Under the pieces are notes generated by a model. The model made no database searches and was not told the DNA's origin. It worked only from the letters and a program-made list of their open reading frames with translations. DNA of 64,000 nt from an uncultured Bacilli bacterium (GTDB lineage: Bacteria > Bacillota_I > Bacilli_A > RF39 > UBA660). A program made the translations under genes and the position numbers. Location: contig CAKOLD010000003.1 in assembly GCA_934096015.1 (NCBI GenBank), positions 2,640 through 66,639 on the forward strand, read 5' to 3'. Shown piece after piece: positions 10,650 through 20,359 of the stretch. Position 1 is the stretch's first letter, and each line of letters opens with the position of its first letter.

Positions 10650-10726
10650 GTCTTCGTAGCTCAGTAGGATAGAGCAATCGCCTCCTAAGCGATAGGTCGG
10701 CAGTTCGAATCTGCCCGGGGACACCA
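10650..10726 (+). tRNA. tRNA-Arg (anticodon CCT)
   Basis: Cloverleaf folds by eye: acceptor GTCTTCG/CGGGGAC, D-arm GCTC..GAGC, anticodon stem ATCGC/GCGAT with loop CTCCTAA, T-arm GGCAG-TTCGAAT-CTGCC, encoded CCA. Confidence 0.8.
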
Positions 10727-11307
10727 GTTGATTATTAACCTCTAGTAAAATAGGGGTTTTTAAGTATTTTAATGCTTTCAAACACACTTTTTATAAGTTA
10801 TTTAATTTATTGGTTATATCTTCCATTTCACTTATATACACACGCGTATATAAGTCTAATGTAATACTAACTTTAAAATGACCTAAATATTTTGAAACTA
10901 GAGCAATACTTGCTCCTTAAAAAATTTTCAAATTCAGATGATGATAGCATTGATTTTGAGGGTATATTTTGAATATTTATTGTTTTAGGTATATTCGGTT
11001 ATTTTTTCTATCCTTTGTTTTTTGTGATGAAGAATGATGTAAATAATAATTTTTTAAAAGATTCTTTAGTTTTTTTAAAAGACAATGAACTTGTCAACAA
11101 CACCACTGCTTATTTACACAGGAACTAATAATTTAGGAGAAACTAAAACAATAACATTTAATGAAGAGAAAGGAATACTTTAAAGATTATTAGAACCCTT
11201 AAAAAATAATGTAGAATATAAAACTACAATTAATTATTATATAGAAGAATAAAAAACTATTGATAATTAAATATAATATGTTAAAATTATTTTAGAGGAG
11301 TGATATT

Positions 11308-11394
11308 ATGAAATATAATTTATTCGTAAAAAATCACTTCAAATCAAAAAACACTAAGGGTAACTTTAGTGTTTTTTATGTGGAGGTTAAATGA
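11308..11394 (+). other. 28-codon upstream ORF (MKYNLFVKNHFKSKNTKGNFSVFYVEVK) overlapping the prs-like start; possible leader peptide
   Basis: Strong RBS GAGGAG 8 nt upstream. Its 3' end contains the hairpin AACACTAA-gggtaact-TTAGTGTT followed by TTTTTT. Its TGA overlaps the ATG at 11391. Confidence 0.25.
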
Positions 11395-12473
11395 AAGAAA
11401 ATTTAGGATTAATTGTCTTAGACAATATTAAAGAAATAGGAAATGAAGTAAATGATTACCTTAATAAGTTTAGAAAAAATAAAGAGAATTACATTATTCC
11501 TATAAAACTAGACAGATTTGCAAATGGAGAAGGAAAAGCAAAAATATTAGAAACAGTAAGAGATAAAGATATTTACATTTTAACAGATATCGGTAATTAT
11601 GATATGACTTATGAAATGCATGGATTTTTAAACCACATGTCACCAGATGATCATTTCCAAGACATAAAAAGAGTAATTTTAGCAATGTGTGGCCATGCAA
11701 AAAAAATTACTTTAGTAATGCCATTACTTTATGAATCACGTCAACATCGCAAAAAAGGTAGGGAATCTCTAGACTGTGCTTATGGGCTACAAGAACTTTT
11801 GAAAATGGGAGTAAAAGAAATTATAACATTTGATGTCCATGATCCTAATGTTTGTAACTCAACACCATTACTAGCTTTTGAAAATTTTTATCCAACAAAT
11901 ATAGTTTTGGAAGATTTCATAATTAATAATAAACACAATCTTGATAATTTATTAATTGTAAGCCCAGATTTTGGAGCAATGGAAAGAGCCAGATACTTTG
12001 CAGAAATGTTAAAATGTGATGTAGGTGTTTTTTACAAAAGAAGAGATTTGTCAAAAGTTGTTAATGGTAAAAATCCTATAATTGAACATGCATACATGGG
12101 AGCAGATGTTAAAGGAAAAGATATAATTGTTGTAGACGATATGATTGCCTCAGGTGGATCAATGTTAGAAGTAGCAAAAGAGTTAAAAGAAAAAGGAGCA
12201 CATCACGTATATTTAAGTGCTACATTCGCTCTATTTACAGAAGGAATAGAAAAGTTTGAAAAAGCCTTTAACGATGGTTTATATGATAAACTATATACAA
12301 CTAATTTAACTTATGTTAAAAATGAAATTAAAAATAAAGAATGGTATCATGAAGTTAACTGTTCAAAGAAAATTGCAGAAATAATAAATACTTTAAATAA
12401 CGAAGAATCTATTTCTCATTTAATGAATGGTAAAGAAGAATTCTTTAAAAAAATTGAAAAAATAACTAAATAA
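11391..12473 (+). CDS. prs: ribose-phosphate pyrophosphokinase family protein (long, 360-aa form)
   Basis: PRPP-binding loop IIVVDDMIASGGS. N-domain motifs (DRFANGEGK, HDPNV) parallel Prs (RFSDGE, DLHA.Q). Confidence 0.65.
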   Translation: MKENLGLIVLDNIKEIGNEVNDYLNKFRKNKENYIIPIKLDRFANGEGKAKILETVRDKDIYILTDIGNYDMTYEMHGFLNHMSPDDHFQDIKRVILAMCGHAKKITLVMPLLYESRQHRKKGRESLDCAYGLQELLKMGVKEIITFDVHDPNVCNSTPLLAFENFYPTNIVLEDFIINNKHNLDNLLIVSPDFGAMERARYFAEMLKCDVGVFYKRRDLSKVVNGKNPIIEHAYMGADVKGKDIIVVDDMIASGGSMLEVAKELKEKGAHHVYLSATFALFTEGIEKFEKAFNDGLYDKLYTTNLTYVKNEIKNKEWYHEVNCSKKIAEIINTLNNEESISHLMNGKEEFFKKIEKITK

Positions 12474-12531
12474 TAAAAATTGAATAAAAAAACTCCTAAT
12501 CTCCAATTATATAAGGGAAAGGAGTTTTATT

Positions 12532-13308
12532 ATGAGTAAATATAAAGTGGACATAACAGGAATAAATACCAATAATTTAAAAGTATTAAAAAATAATGAA
12601 ATGCAAGTATTATTTGAAAAATATCACAAAGGAGATTTAGAGGCTAAAGAAGAATTAATAAATGGTAATTTGAAATTAGTTTTAAGTATTATAAAAAAAT
12701 ATAATAATGGAAAATATGATATGAATGATTTATTTCAAATAGGCTGTATAGGCCTTATAAAAGCAGTAGATAATTTTGATACTAGTATCGGAGTTATGTT
12801 TTCCACATATGCAGTTCCTTTAATTCTAGGAGAAGTTAAAAGATTTATTAGAGATTCTTCGGTGATACGTATCACAAGAAGTGTAAGAGATAACTCTTAT
12901 AAAATATTAAAATTCAAAGATGAATACACTGCCTTAAATGGATGTGAACCTACAAATGATGAAATATGCAAACATTTAGAAATATCAGAATATGATTTAT
13001 CTAATGCTATGGATAGTTTAAAAGAACCTATGAGTATTTTTGAACCAATATTTAACGATGGAGGAGATACCATTTATTTATTAGATCAAATTGCTGATAT
13101 CAAAAATGCCAATACAGATAGAGATATGTTAATAAGTTTAAGAAAAGCTCTATTTAAAATAAAAGAAAGAGAAAGAAGTATTTTAACAGATAGATACATT
13201 GTAGGAAAAACTCAAACAGAAATAGCCGAAGAACTAGGAGTTAGCCAAGCTCAAGTTAGTAGAATAGAAAAAAGTGCTATCAACAATGTAAAAAGATTAA
13301 TTAAATAA
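12532..13308 (+). CDS. sigG: sporulation sigma factor sigma-G
   Basis: Near-colinear with B. subtilis SigG: MSKYKVDITGINTNNLKVLKNNEM vs MSRNKVEICGVDTSKLPVLKNEEM; SIFEPIFNDGGDTIYLLDQIAD vs SLFEPIYNDGGDPIYVMDQISD; GVSQAQVSRIEK. Confidence 0.8.
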   Translation: MSKYKVDITGINTNNLKVLKNNEMQVLFEKYHKGDLEAKEELINGNLKLVLSIIKKYNNGKYDMNDLFQIGCIGLIKAVDNFDTSIGVMFSTYAVPLILGEVKRFIRDSSVIRITRSVRDNSYKILKFKDEYTALNGCEPTNDEICKHLEISEYDLSNAMDSLKEPMSIFEPIFNDGGDTIYLLDQIADIKNANTDRDMLISLRKALFKIKERERSILTDRYIVGKTQTEIAEELGVSQAQVSRIEKSAINNVKRLIK

Positions 13309-13319
13309 CATATAATTAA

Positions 13320-13556
13320 TTGGTGGAGTTTATGAAAATGAGTGAGTTGCAAGATAAAGATATTATTAATGTGAAAGATGGAAAAAATATAGGTAGAATA
13401 ATTGACTTAGAAGTAACAAATGAAGGAATAATAAGTTATATCATTGCAGAACCCAAACAATTTTTTAAACTCAATGTTTATAACAAAGAAACCTCATTCA
13501 CGTTTAAACAAATTGTAAAAATAGGTAAAGATGTAATACTTGTTGATTTAAACTAA
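13320..13556 (+). CDS. YlmC/YmxH family sporulation protein (PRC-barrel)
   Basis: MSELQDKDIINVKDGKNIGRIIDLEVTNEG matches the YlmC/YmxH signature. It follows sigG, as ylmC does in Bacillus. Confidence 0.7.
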   Translation: MVEFMKMSELQDKDIINVKDGKNIGRIIDLEVTNEGIISYIIAEPKQFFKLNVYNKETSFTFKQIVKIGKDVILVDLN

Positions 13557-13585
13557 ATAGTTTATAATTAACTAGAGGTGCAAAA

Positions 13586-14074
13586 GTGAACAGAAAACAA
13601 TTAATATTAATGATAACAGCATTCATATGTGACCAGATATCTAAAGTAATAATTACAAGTTATTTAAAAGTATTTGATTCTATAACTATTATAAAAAACT
13701 TCTTTAAAATAACTTATTACAATAATTATGGAGCAGCGTGGGGAATGTTTCAAAATAATACCATATTATTAGTAATACTAAGTATTATTGCTTTAATAAT
13801 TATTTATAGATTTAGTTATAACTTTAAAAAAAATACTAGGAATAATATTGCATTTAGTATCTTAACCGCTGGTATATTAGGAAACTTATCAGATAGACTA
13901 TTTTTAGGATATGTAAGAGATTTTTTAGATTTTAAAATATTTAATTACGATTTTCCAATATTTAATTTAGCAGACAGTTTTATAGTTATAGGTGTGATTT
14001 TATTAATAATTTCAATTATAAAAGGAGAAGACAAAAATGGAAGTAGTAGTAACAGAAAAAGAAAGAATAGATAA
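13586..14074 (+). CDS. lspA: lipoprotein signal peptidase II
   Basis: Four TM helices; motifs NYGAAWG and FNLADSFIVIGV. Followed by rluD as in many Firmicutes. Confidence 0.85.
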   Translation: MNRKQLILMITAFICDQISKVIITSYLKVFDSITIIKNFFKITYYNNYGAAWGMFQNNTILLVILSIIALIIIYRFSYNFKKNTRNNIAFSILTAGILGNLSDRLFLGYVRDFLDFKIFNYDFPIFNLADSFIVIGVILLIISIIKGEDKNGSSSNRKRKNR

Positions 14075-14921
14075 ATATTTAAGTAAAAATACTGATATGT
14101 CAAGAAGCTTAATTGCTAAAATGATAAAGTCTGGATTTATATTAGTAAATGGGGAAGAAATAAAAGTTAATTATATAACAAAACTTAATGATGTAATTGA
14201 AATAGATGAAACCTTTAAGGTTGAATCTGATATAGAACCAGAAGATATAAAACTAGATATAGTATATGAAGACGATGATATTATTGTAGTTAATAAACCA
14301 AGTGGAATGGTAGTTCATCCTGGAAATGGTAACAAAAATCATACATTAGTTAATGCTTTAATGTTTCATACAAATAAACTTAGTGATATAAACGGTGAAA
14401 TAAGACCGGGTATAGTTCATAGAATTGATAAAGATACAAGCGGATTAATGTTAGTTGCCAAAAACAATAAAGCTCATGAAATATTAGCAGAAGATTTTAA
14501 AAATAAAAAAGTAAAAAGAGAATATATTGCTTTATTAAAAGGCGTACTTAATGAGAATTCTAACACTATAGATGCCCCGATAGGAAGAGACCAAACTGAC
14601 AGAAAAAAAATGATAGTTACTCCAATAAATTCTAAAAATGCCATAACTCATATGAAAGTTTTAAAAAGATATAAAAAATATACACTAGTTTCTTGTATAT
14701 TAGAAACAGGAAGAACACACCAAATTAGAGTTCATGCTAAATATATAAATCATCCTATATACAATGATCCTGTATATACAAACGATAAAACAACACCATT
14801 TGGACAATTTCTTCACTCTAAAACTATTGATTTTATTCATCCTATTAAGAAAATTCCAATGCATTTTGAATGTGACTTACCAACATACTTTAGTGACTTT
14901 TTAAAAACTTTGGACGAATAA
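14037..14921 (+). CDS. rluD: RluA-family 23S rRNA pseudouridine synthase (RluD)
   Basis: S4-like N-terminus, catalytic HRIDKDTSGLMLVAKN, and the TGRTHQIRVH motif. Confidence 0.8.
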   Translation: MEVVVTEKERIDKYLSKNTDMSRSLIAKMIKSGFILVNGEEIKVNYITKLNDVIEIDETFKVESDIEPEDIKLDIVYEDDDIIVVNKPSGMVVHPGNGNKNHTLVNALMFHTNKLSDINGEIRPGIVHRIDKDTSGLMLVAKNNKAHEILAEDFKNKKVKREYIALLKGVLNENSNTIDAPIGRDQTDRKKMIVTPINSKNAITHMKVLKRYKKYTLVSCILETGRTHQIRVHAKYINHPIYNDPVYTNDKTTPFGQFLHSKTIDFIHPIKKIPMHFECDLPTYFSDFLKTLDE

Positions 14922-15341
14922 AAATATCAGATAAACATCAATAAAAAAGCCTAAAAATAAATATTTACAATATGTAATATTTATTTTTTTAATTTTATAA
15001 AAAATATATACTAGATTCAATAAGTCCAAAACTATAAATATTAAACTAAAAATTATGCTATTAAAAAAATTGAAATATATTGAACAAAATATTCTGAAAA
15101 TCCACAATAAAGAAAAATTAAATAAAAAAGAATTATCAAATTTTAATTTATTAATAAGTCTAGTTATAAGTATACTAATAAACAAAACATCTAAAAATCC
15201 CACAACATAAAAAACTTTAAATGGTAAATAATAATTAAGATTTAAAGTATTAAAAAAAGCATAATCTTTTTTTATAACAAATGGTACTAGATACACTAAA
15301 AAAGCGAAAACTATATTCATAAAATCACCCTTTACTATCAA
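14901..15341 (-). CDS. hypothetical polytopic membrane protein
   Basis: Four hydrophobic segments and no recognisable motif. Sits in an otherwise empty 450-bp gap. Confidence 0.3.
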   Translation of the reverse strand: MIVKGDFMNIVFAFLVYLVPFVIKKDYAFFNTLNLNYYLPFKVFYVVGFLDVLFISILITRLINKLKFDNSFLFNFSLLWIFRIFCSIYFNFFNSIIFSLIFIVLDLLNLVYIFYKIKKINITYCKYLFLGFFIDVYLIFLFVQSF

Positions 15342-15367
15342 TACACTTTGTTATAAAATATGAATAG

Positions 15368-16516
15368 GTGAATTATTTTATGAACGAAACAATAGAATTT
15401 AAAGAAAAAGACAGAATTATTATGCAATTAGTTCACTATTTTGTAACTAAAGAAAATTATGCTCCAATCTTAGTAAATGGCGTAAAAAATGAAATTTGGT
15501 TAGAAAATTTAAATAGTACTTATAAAATAATTAGAATAAATTCTAATTATATTCATAATAATGAACAATTAAATTTTGATTTATTAAAAATAAAAAGTGT
15601 AGTAAAACAAATAAAAAGAAAAACAATTAGTTTTTCTCTACCAGTATTAAATATTTTATTAGATGTAAATGAAGATGTTAATTTAAATAATGATAAGCAT
15701 ATAGATACTCTAATAATAAATAATTATGATAACTTCAATGATGAATTAGGAATTCTCAGTATGTATCCTCAATTAGTTGATGATGAAGTTGAAGGACAAG
15801 ACTTGGATTTCTTTATAAATGTAACTAATGATATCAATAAAAAAACAGAAGAAAACAATAATTATTATGAAAAAGTTTTTCTAAAAAAGACTCCAATAGT
15901 AACTTATACATTAATTGCCATAAATGTAATAATGTTTATATTATGTTTAATTGGAGAAATTTCTGGTTTATTTGATATGTATACTTTATTTGCAGTTCAA
16001 ATTAATCGTTTAAGAAACTTTGAGTTATATAGACTGATTACAGGAGCATTTCTCCATGCTGATACTGCTCACTTAATATGCAATATGTATTCTCTTGCCG
16101 TAATCGGAACTCAGTTAGAATCTTTTATCGGAAAGAAAAAATATTTATTCATTTACTTTGTAAGTATGATTACAGGAAATCTACTAGCATGTGTTACGAG
16201 CAGTGCTTGGTGTGTAGGAGCAAGTGGAGCTATATTCGGTCTTTTAGGAGGAATGTTATACTTTGGTTATCACTTTAGAATTTATTTAGGAAGTGCTTTA
16301 AAAACTCAAATAATACCAGTCTTAATTTTAAACATTTTCTTAAGTTTCTTAGTGAGTAATATATCCTTAGGAGCTCACTTGGGTGGACTAGTAGGCGGAT
16401 TATTTGCTGCAACTGCAGTAGGTATTGAAAGAAAAACAGAAAAAAGTGAATCAATAAATGGATTAATAGTTTTAATAATATTTATAGCATTTTTATTATT
16501 TTTAATATTTAAATAA
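15368..16516 (+). CDS. rhomboid family intramembrane serine protease with an N-terminal cytoplasmic domain (GluP/YqgP-like)
   Basis: GASGAIFGLLGG catalytic serine helix and AHLGGL histidine helix in a 6-TM core. Confidence 0.8.
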   Translation: MNYFMNETIEFKEKDRIIMQLVHYFVTKENYAPILVNGVKNEIWLENLNSTYKIIRINSNYIHNNEQLNFDLLKIKSVVKQIKRKTISFSLPVLNILLDVNEDVNLNNDKHIDTLIINNYDNFNDELGILSMYPQLVDDEVEGQDLDFFINVTNDINKKTEENNNYYEKVFLKKTPIVTYTLIAINVIMFILCLIGEISGLFDMYTLFAVQINRLRNFELYRLITGAFLHADTAHLICNMYSLAVIGTQLESFIGKKKYLFIYFVSMITGNLLACVTSSAWCVGASGAIFGLLGGMLYFGYHFRIYLGSALKTQIIPVLILNIFLSFLVSNISLGAHLGGLVGGLFAATAVGIERKTEKSESINGLIVLIIFIAFLLFLIFK

Positions 16517-16804
16517 TTATTGAAAGAATACTGGATTATTATTCAGTTCTTTTTTTTGAGATAAAACTTTAGTATTAGAATTAGATTTTGATTTAGTAGA
16601 ACTCTTATTAAATTCTTTGACAATCTTAGATAAATTCCTAAAGTTTCCTACCATAGGTTTAACCTCTTTGTATATAGGAACAACCTGGTTAGCAACTCGT
16701 AAAACCTTACTTAGACCTGTTAAAATATTAGCAAAATTTGTAAAAGATGAATTCATATAATCACCTAAGATTATTATATGATTTGAACTAAAATTGTTTA
16801 ACAA
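16517..16804 (-). CDS. hypothetical small basic protein
   Basis: ORF only. It is divergent from the PilC-like gene. Confidence 0.3.
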   Translation of the reverse strand: MLNNFSSNHIIILGDYMNSSFTNFANILTGLSKVLRVANQVVPIYKEVKPMVGNFRNLSKIVKEFNKSSTKSKSNSNTKVLSQKKELNNNPVFFQ

Positions 16805-16851
16805 ATAAATAAATTATGATATAATCCAAATATAATAGATGAAAAGAGGTT

Positions 16852-18483
16852 GTGGTAATGAATAAATTAAAACAAAACAAATTATTATTGCCACTATACT
16901 ACATATTATTGCCATTTAAACCAATACTAATATTTTTTATGTACGTTTCTTTAGGAGTATATTATTCTATGTACGGTTTAATATATCCCTTTATACTTTT
17001 ATATAATGTTTTATCATCTTCACTTTATAATATTTATAAAAATAGCAAAAAAGAAAAAGATATTGCTGAAATAAAAGAAACAGTTAATTTAAATATTGAT
17101 GAAAAAATGCATGCAAATGCAAAAAGAGATAAAGAATTAGCTAAAATCGAAAAAGCAAAAAAACAAGAAAATGCAAAAAAGTTAAATGCTAAATTAGAAT
17201 TAGAAAAACAACAACTATTAAGTGAACTTGACAAAACAGAAAATATTAGAAGCGAAAAACCAATAACATTTAAATATACAGCAAGAAACTCTGATGGTAA
17301 AAAAGTTACAGGAATTTTTTCTGCATATTCTAAAACTGAAGTATTTAACTATTTAGAAGGAGAAAACTATAACGTATATAAAATAGAAACCAATAAATTA
17401 ATAGAATTTATGTACGGAAATCAACAGTTTTTAACCAAAAAAATGTCTACAAAAGATTTAATATTTTGGTTAACCCAATTATCAACTTATTTAAAAAGTG
17501 GAATAACTCTAACAGATTCTATGAAAATCTTAAGTAAACAAATGGGTAAAAATGATATAAATAAGAAAAGAATTTTTGATTCAATAATTTATAATTTAAC
17601 CTTAGGAGAAAGTTTTTCAGACGCTTTAGATAAACAAAATAATACTTTTCCTCCATTATTAGTAAATATGATTAAAGCTGCGGAAGCAACCGGAGAATTA
17701 GAACAAACATTAGATGACATGGCAGAATACTATACTGAAACTGAACAAACTAGAAAACAAATGATTAGTGCTCTAACGTATCCATCAGTAATTTTAATAA
17801 TAGCAGTCGCTGTTGTTTCATTTATGTTACTTTACATTGTTCCTCAATTTGAAGGAATATACTCATCAGCAGGTGTTGTGATAAATGGTTTTACAGCCTT
17901 TGTCTTAGCAGCTAGTCAATTTTTAAAAAATAATATTTTTATAATACTATTAATGATATTATTAATAATTCTTGCAATTATTTTAATGTATCGAAAAATC
18001 AAAGCTTTTAGAGAAGCCTTCCAAATATTTGCTATGAAATTACCAATTATTGGTAAAGTTATAATTTATAAAGAATTAACCATATTTACCAAAACTTTTG
18101 CATCTTTATTAAAAAATAACGTATTTATTACGGAAAGTATGGATATTTTATCTAAAATAACCAATAATGAAGTATACAAAAAAATTATGATAAACACAAT
18201 TACTAATATAGCAAGAGGCGACAAAATATCAGACTCATTTAAAGATCATTGGGCCATTCCTGATGTTGCTTATTTCATGATAGTAACAGGAGAATCAACA
18301 GGAGAACTTGCAAGTATGATGAGTAAAGTAAGTACATACTATCAAGAAGAACACAGGGCGGTAATATCAACTCTTAAATCATTTATTGAACCTGCTATAA
18401 TAGTACTACTAGCAATTGTAGTTGGAGGAGTAGTATTAGCTATTATTATTCCAATGTTTAGTTTATATTCACAAATATCATAG
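16852..18483 (+). CDS. type II secretion / type IV pilus platform protein (GspF/PilC/ComGB family) with an atypical N-terminal extension
   Basis: Two T2SSF repeats and 3 TM helices in the C-terminal 400 aa. About 130 extra N-terminal residues: hydrophobic hairpin plus a K/E-rich coiled coil. A likely ATG is at 16858 after AAAGAGG. Confidence 0.75.
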   Translation: MVMNKLKQNKLLLPLYYILLPFKPILIFFMYVSLGVYYSMYGLIYPFILLYNVLSSSLYNIYKNSKKEKDIAEIKETVNLNIDEKMHANAKRDKELAKIEKAKKQENAKKLNAKLELEKQQLLSELDKTENIRSEKPITFKYTARNSDGKKVTGIFSAYSKTEVFNYLEGENYNVYKIETNKLIEFMYGNQQFLTKKMSTKDLIFWLTQLSTYLKSGITLTDSMKILSKQMGKNDINKKRIFDSIIYNLTLGESFSDALDKQNNTFPPLLVNMIKAAEATGELEQTLDDMAEYYTETEQTRKQMISALTYPSVILIIAVAVVSFMLLYIVPQFEGIYSSAGVVINGFTAFVLAASQFLKNNIFIILLMILLIILAIILMYRKIKAFREAFQIFAMKLPIIGKVIIYKELTIFTKTFASLLKNNVFITESMDILSKITNNEVYKKIMINTITNIARGDKISDSFKDHWAIPDVAYFMIVTGESTGELASMMSKVSTYYQEEHRAVISTLKSFIEPAIIVLLAIVVGGVVLAIIIPMFSLYSQIS

Positions 18484-18494
18484 AAGGGAAAAAT

Positions 18495-19262
18495 ATGAAA
18501 GCATTATACTCAATTTTTATTTTCATTCTAGGTTTGATAATGGGATCTTTTTATAATGTTGTTGGTTTAAGATTACCAAAAAAACAATCATTAATAACCC
18601 CAAGAAGTCATTGCCCAGAATGTAATCACCAATTAAAATGGTACGAAAATATTCCAGTACTTAGTTATCTGTTTTTAAAAGGAAAATGCAAAAATTGTAA
18701 AGAACCAATAAGTCTAATGTATCCCCTAATAGAATTACTAACAGGAATAATGTTTTTATTAAATTATTTATTATTTGATTTTACTGAACCATTTTATATC
18801 TCTTTAGTAATTTCTAGCCTTTTATCAATAATATTTGTAAGCGACACTAAATATTATATTATTGATGATGAACCATTAATTGCTGCGACAATTTTAATAA
18901 TTATAATAAGGTTTATTTTTGAAGGACCATCATGTATGTTAAATATAATTGTTGGTGGAACATCTGCTTTTTTATTTGCATACTCTTTAAGAATATTTGG
19001 ATTTATTGTCTTTAAACAAGAAGCTTTAGGTGGCGGAGATATAAAATTATCCTTTTTAGCAGGCATAATTTTAGGTGGCAAGTTAGGAATACTTTATATA
19101 ATATTCGCTTCATTTCTAGCATTTCCTTATGCCATATATATATCATTTAAAAAAAGTAATATGGTTCCTTTTGGGCCTTTTCTCATAACAAGTTTATATA
19201 TAATATTTCTAAATATGGATAAATTTAATCTCTTAATACAACATCTCTTAAATTTTAAATAG
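18495..19262 (+). CDS. prepilin peptidase (A24 family; PilD/ComC)
   Basis: CPECNHQLKWYENIPVLSY zinc-ribbon N-terminus; GGGDIKL active-site aspartate motif. Confidence 0.8.
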   Translation: MKALYSIFIFILGLIMGSFYNVVGLRLPKKQSLITPRSHCPECNHQLKWYENIPVLSYLFLKGKCKNCKEPISLMYPLIELLTGIMFLLNYLLFDFTEPFYISLVISSLLSIIFVSDTKYYIIDDEPLIAATILIIIIRFIFEGPSCMLNIIVGGTSAFLFAYSLRIFGFIVFKQEALGGGDIKLSFLAGIILGGKLGILYIIFASFLAFPYAIYISFKKSNMVPFGPFLITSLYIIFLNMDKFNLLIQHLLNFK

Positions 19263-19284
19263 GACTAAAAAAGTCCTTTTTTTC
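19261..19284 (+). terminator. rho-independent terminator after the prepilin peptidase gene
   Basis: AGGACT-aaaaa-AGTCCT hairpin followed by TTTTTTT. Confidence 0.6.
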
Positions 19285-19306
19285 ATACTATTTTTTAGGT
19301 GATACA

Positions 19307-20359
19307 ATGAAAAAAATATTTCTTTTAATCCTTATAATAATTCCAATAACTGTAAAAGCTGGAACAAGCTATACAGTTATGGATATGGATACAAATAGAG
19401 TACTCTTAAACCAAAATCAAGAAGAAAAAAAATTAATTGCTAGTACCACTAAAATAATGACAGCTTTAGTAACCTTAAATAATGTTAGTGATATAAATAA
19501 AACAATCACAGTAAAAGATGAAGTTTTAAAAAGTTATGGAAGTGGAATTTATATTGAGATAGGAGAACATATAAAAATTAAAGATTTATTATACGGCCTT
19601 ATGTTAAGAAGTGGAAATGATGCTGCTATAGAACTTGCATACAATGTTTCTGGTTCTATGGAAGGATTTGTTTTAAATATGAATGAATTAGCAAATTCCA
19701 TTGGTATGAAAAATACTACATTTATAAACTCTCATGGTTTAGAAAATGAATTCGGAGAAGGAAACATTTCAACTAGTTATGATATGGCTATACTATCAAG
19801 TTATGCTATGAAAAACAAAACATATAAAGCAATTGTTAAAACTTCAAAATATACAGTAAAAACTGATAAAAAGACTTACATATGGCATAACAAAAATAGA
19901 TTACTAAATGAATATAAATACTGCACAGGAGGAAAAACTGGATTTACTAAAAAAGCTAGGAGAACTCTAGTTACGACTGCTAGTAAAGATAATATGAATA
20001 TAACCGTAGTAACTTTAAACGACCCCAATGATTTTGCTAATCATCAAAAATATTATGAAGAAATATTTAAAAATTATAAAAAATACCAGATTTTAAATAC
20101 CAAAAAAACTATAATGAATAATAAAAAATATTATATAAAAAATAACTTTTATATGACCCTAACAAAAGAAGAATATTTAAAAATAAAAACTGATATTATT
20201 ATGTATGAGAACTCTGTAAATAAAAAAGTTGGAGAATATATCGTAAAGTTAGATGAAAAAACATATCATAAGGAACCTATATATCTAAAAAATAATCAAC
20301 AAAAGAAAAAGTTAAAATGGTACCAAAAACTATTCAAAGAGGATAATAAAAATGGTTAA
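19307..20359 (+). CDS. dacB: serine-type D-Ala-D-Ala carboxypeptidase (PBP5*-like, sporulation-type)
   Basis: Signal peptide; STTK (SxxK), SGND (SxN) and KTGFT (KTG) motifs. Directly upstream of spmA-spmB, as dacB is in B. subtilis. Confidence 0.75.
   Translation: MKKIFLLILIIIPITVKAGTSYTVMDMDTNRVLLNQNQEEKKLIASTTKIMTALVTLNNVSDINKTITVKDEVLKSYGSGIYIEIGEHIKIKDLLYGLMLRSGNDAAIELAYNVSGSMEGFVLNMNELANSIGMKNTTFINSHGLENEFGEGNISTSYDMAILSSYAMKNKTYKAIVKTSKYTVKTDKKTYIWHNKNRLLNEYKYCTGGKTGFTKKARRTLVTTASKDNMNITVVTLNDPNDFANHQKYYEEIFKNYKKYQILNTKKTIMNNKKYYIKNNFYMTLTKEEYLKIKTDIIMYENSVNKKVGEYIVKLDEKTYHKEPIYLKNNQQKKKLKWYQKLFKEDNKNG

Noticed and set aside
12481-12511. TGAATA followed 17 nt later by CAATTATA as a sigma-G promoter for sigG
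   Set aside because: The -35 matches the forespore consensus, but the -10 does not fit CATnnTA cleanly. Kept only as a remark, not a feature.
16078-16278. 66-aa plus-strand ORF inside the rhomboid gene, and similar internal ORFs (46598-46798, 47873-48055, 55683-56423)
   Set aside because: These are alternative-frame ORFs nested in well-supported genes, with no RBS or conservation signal.
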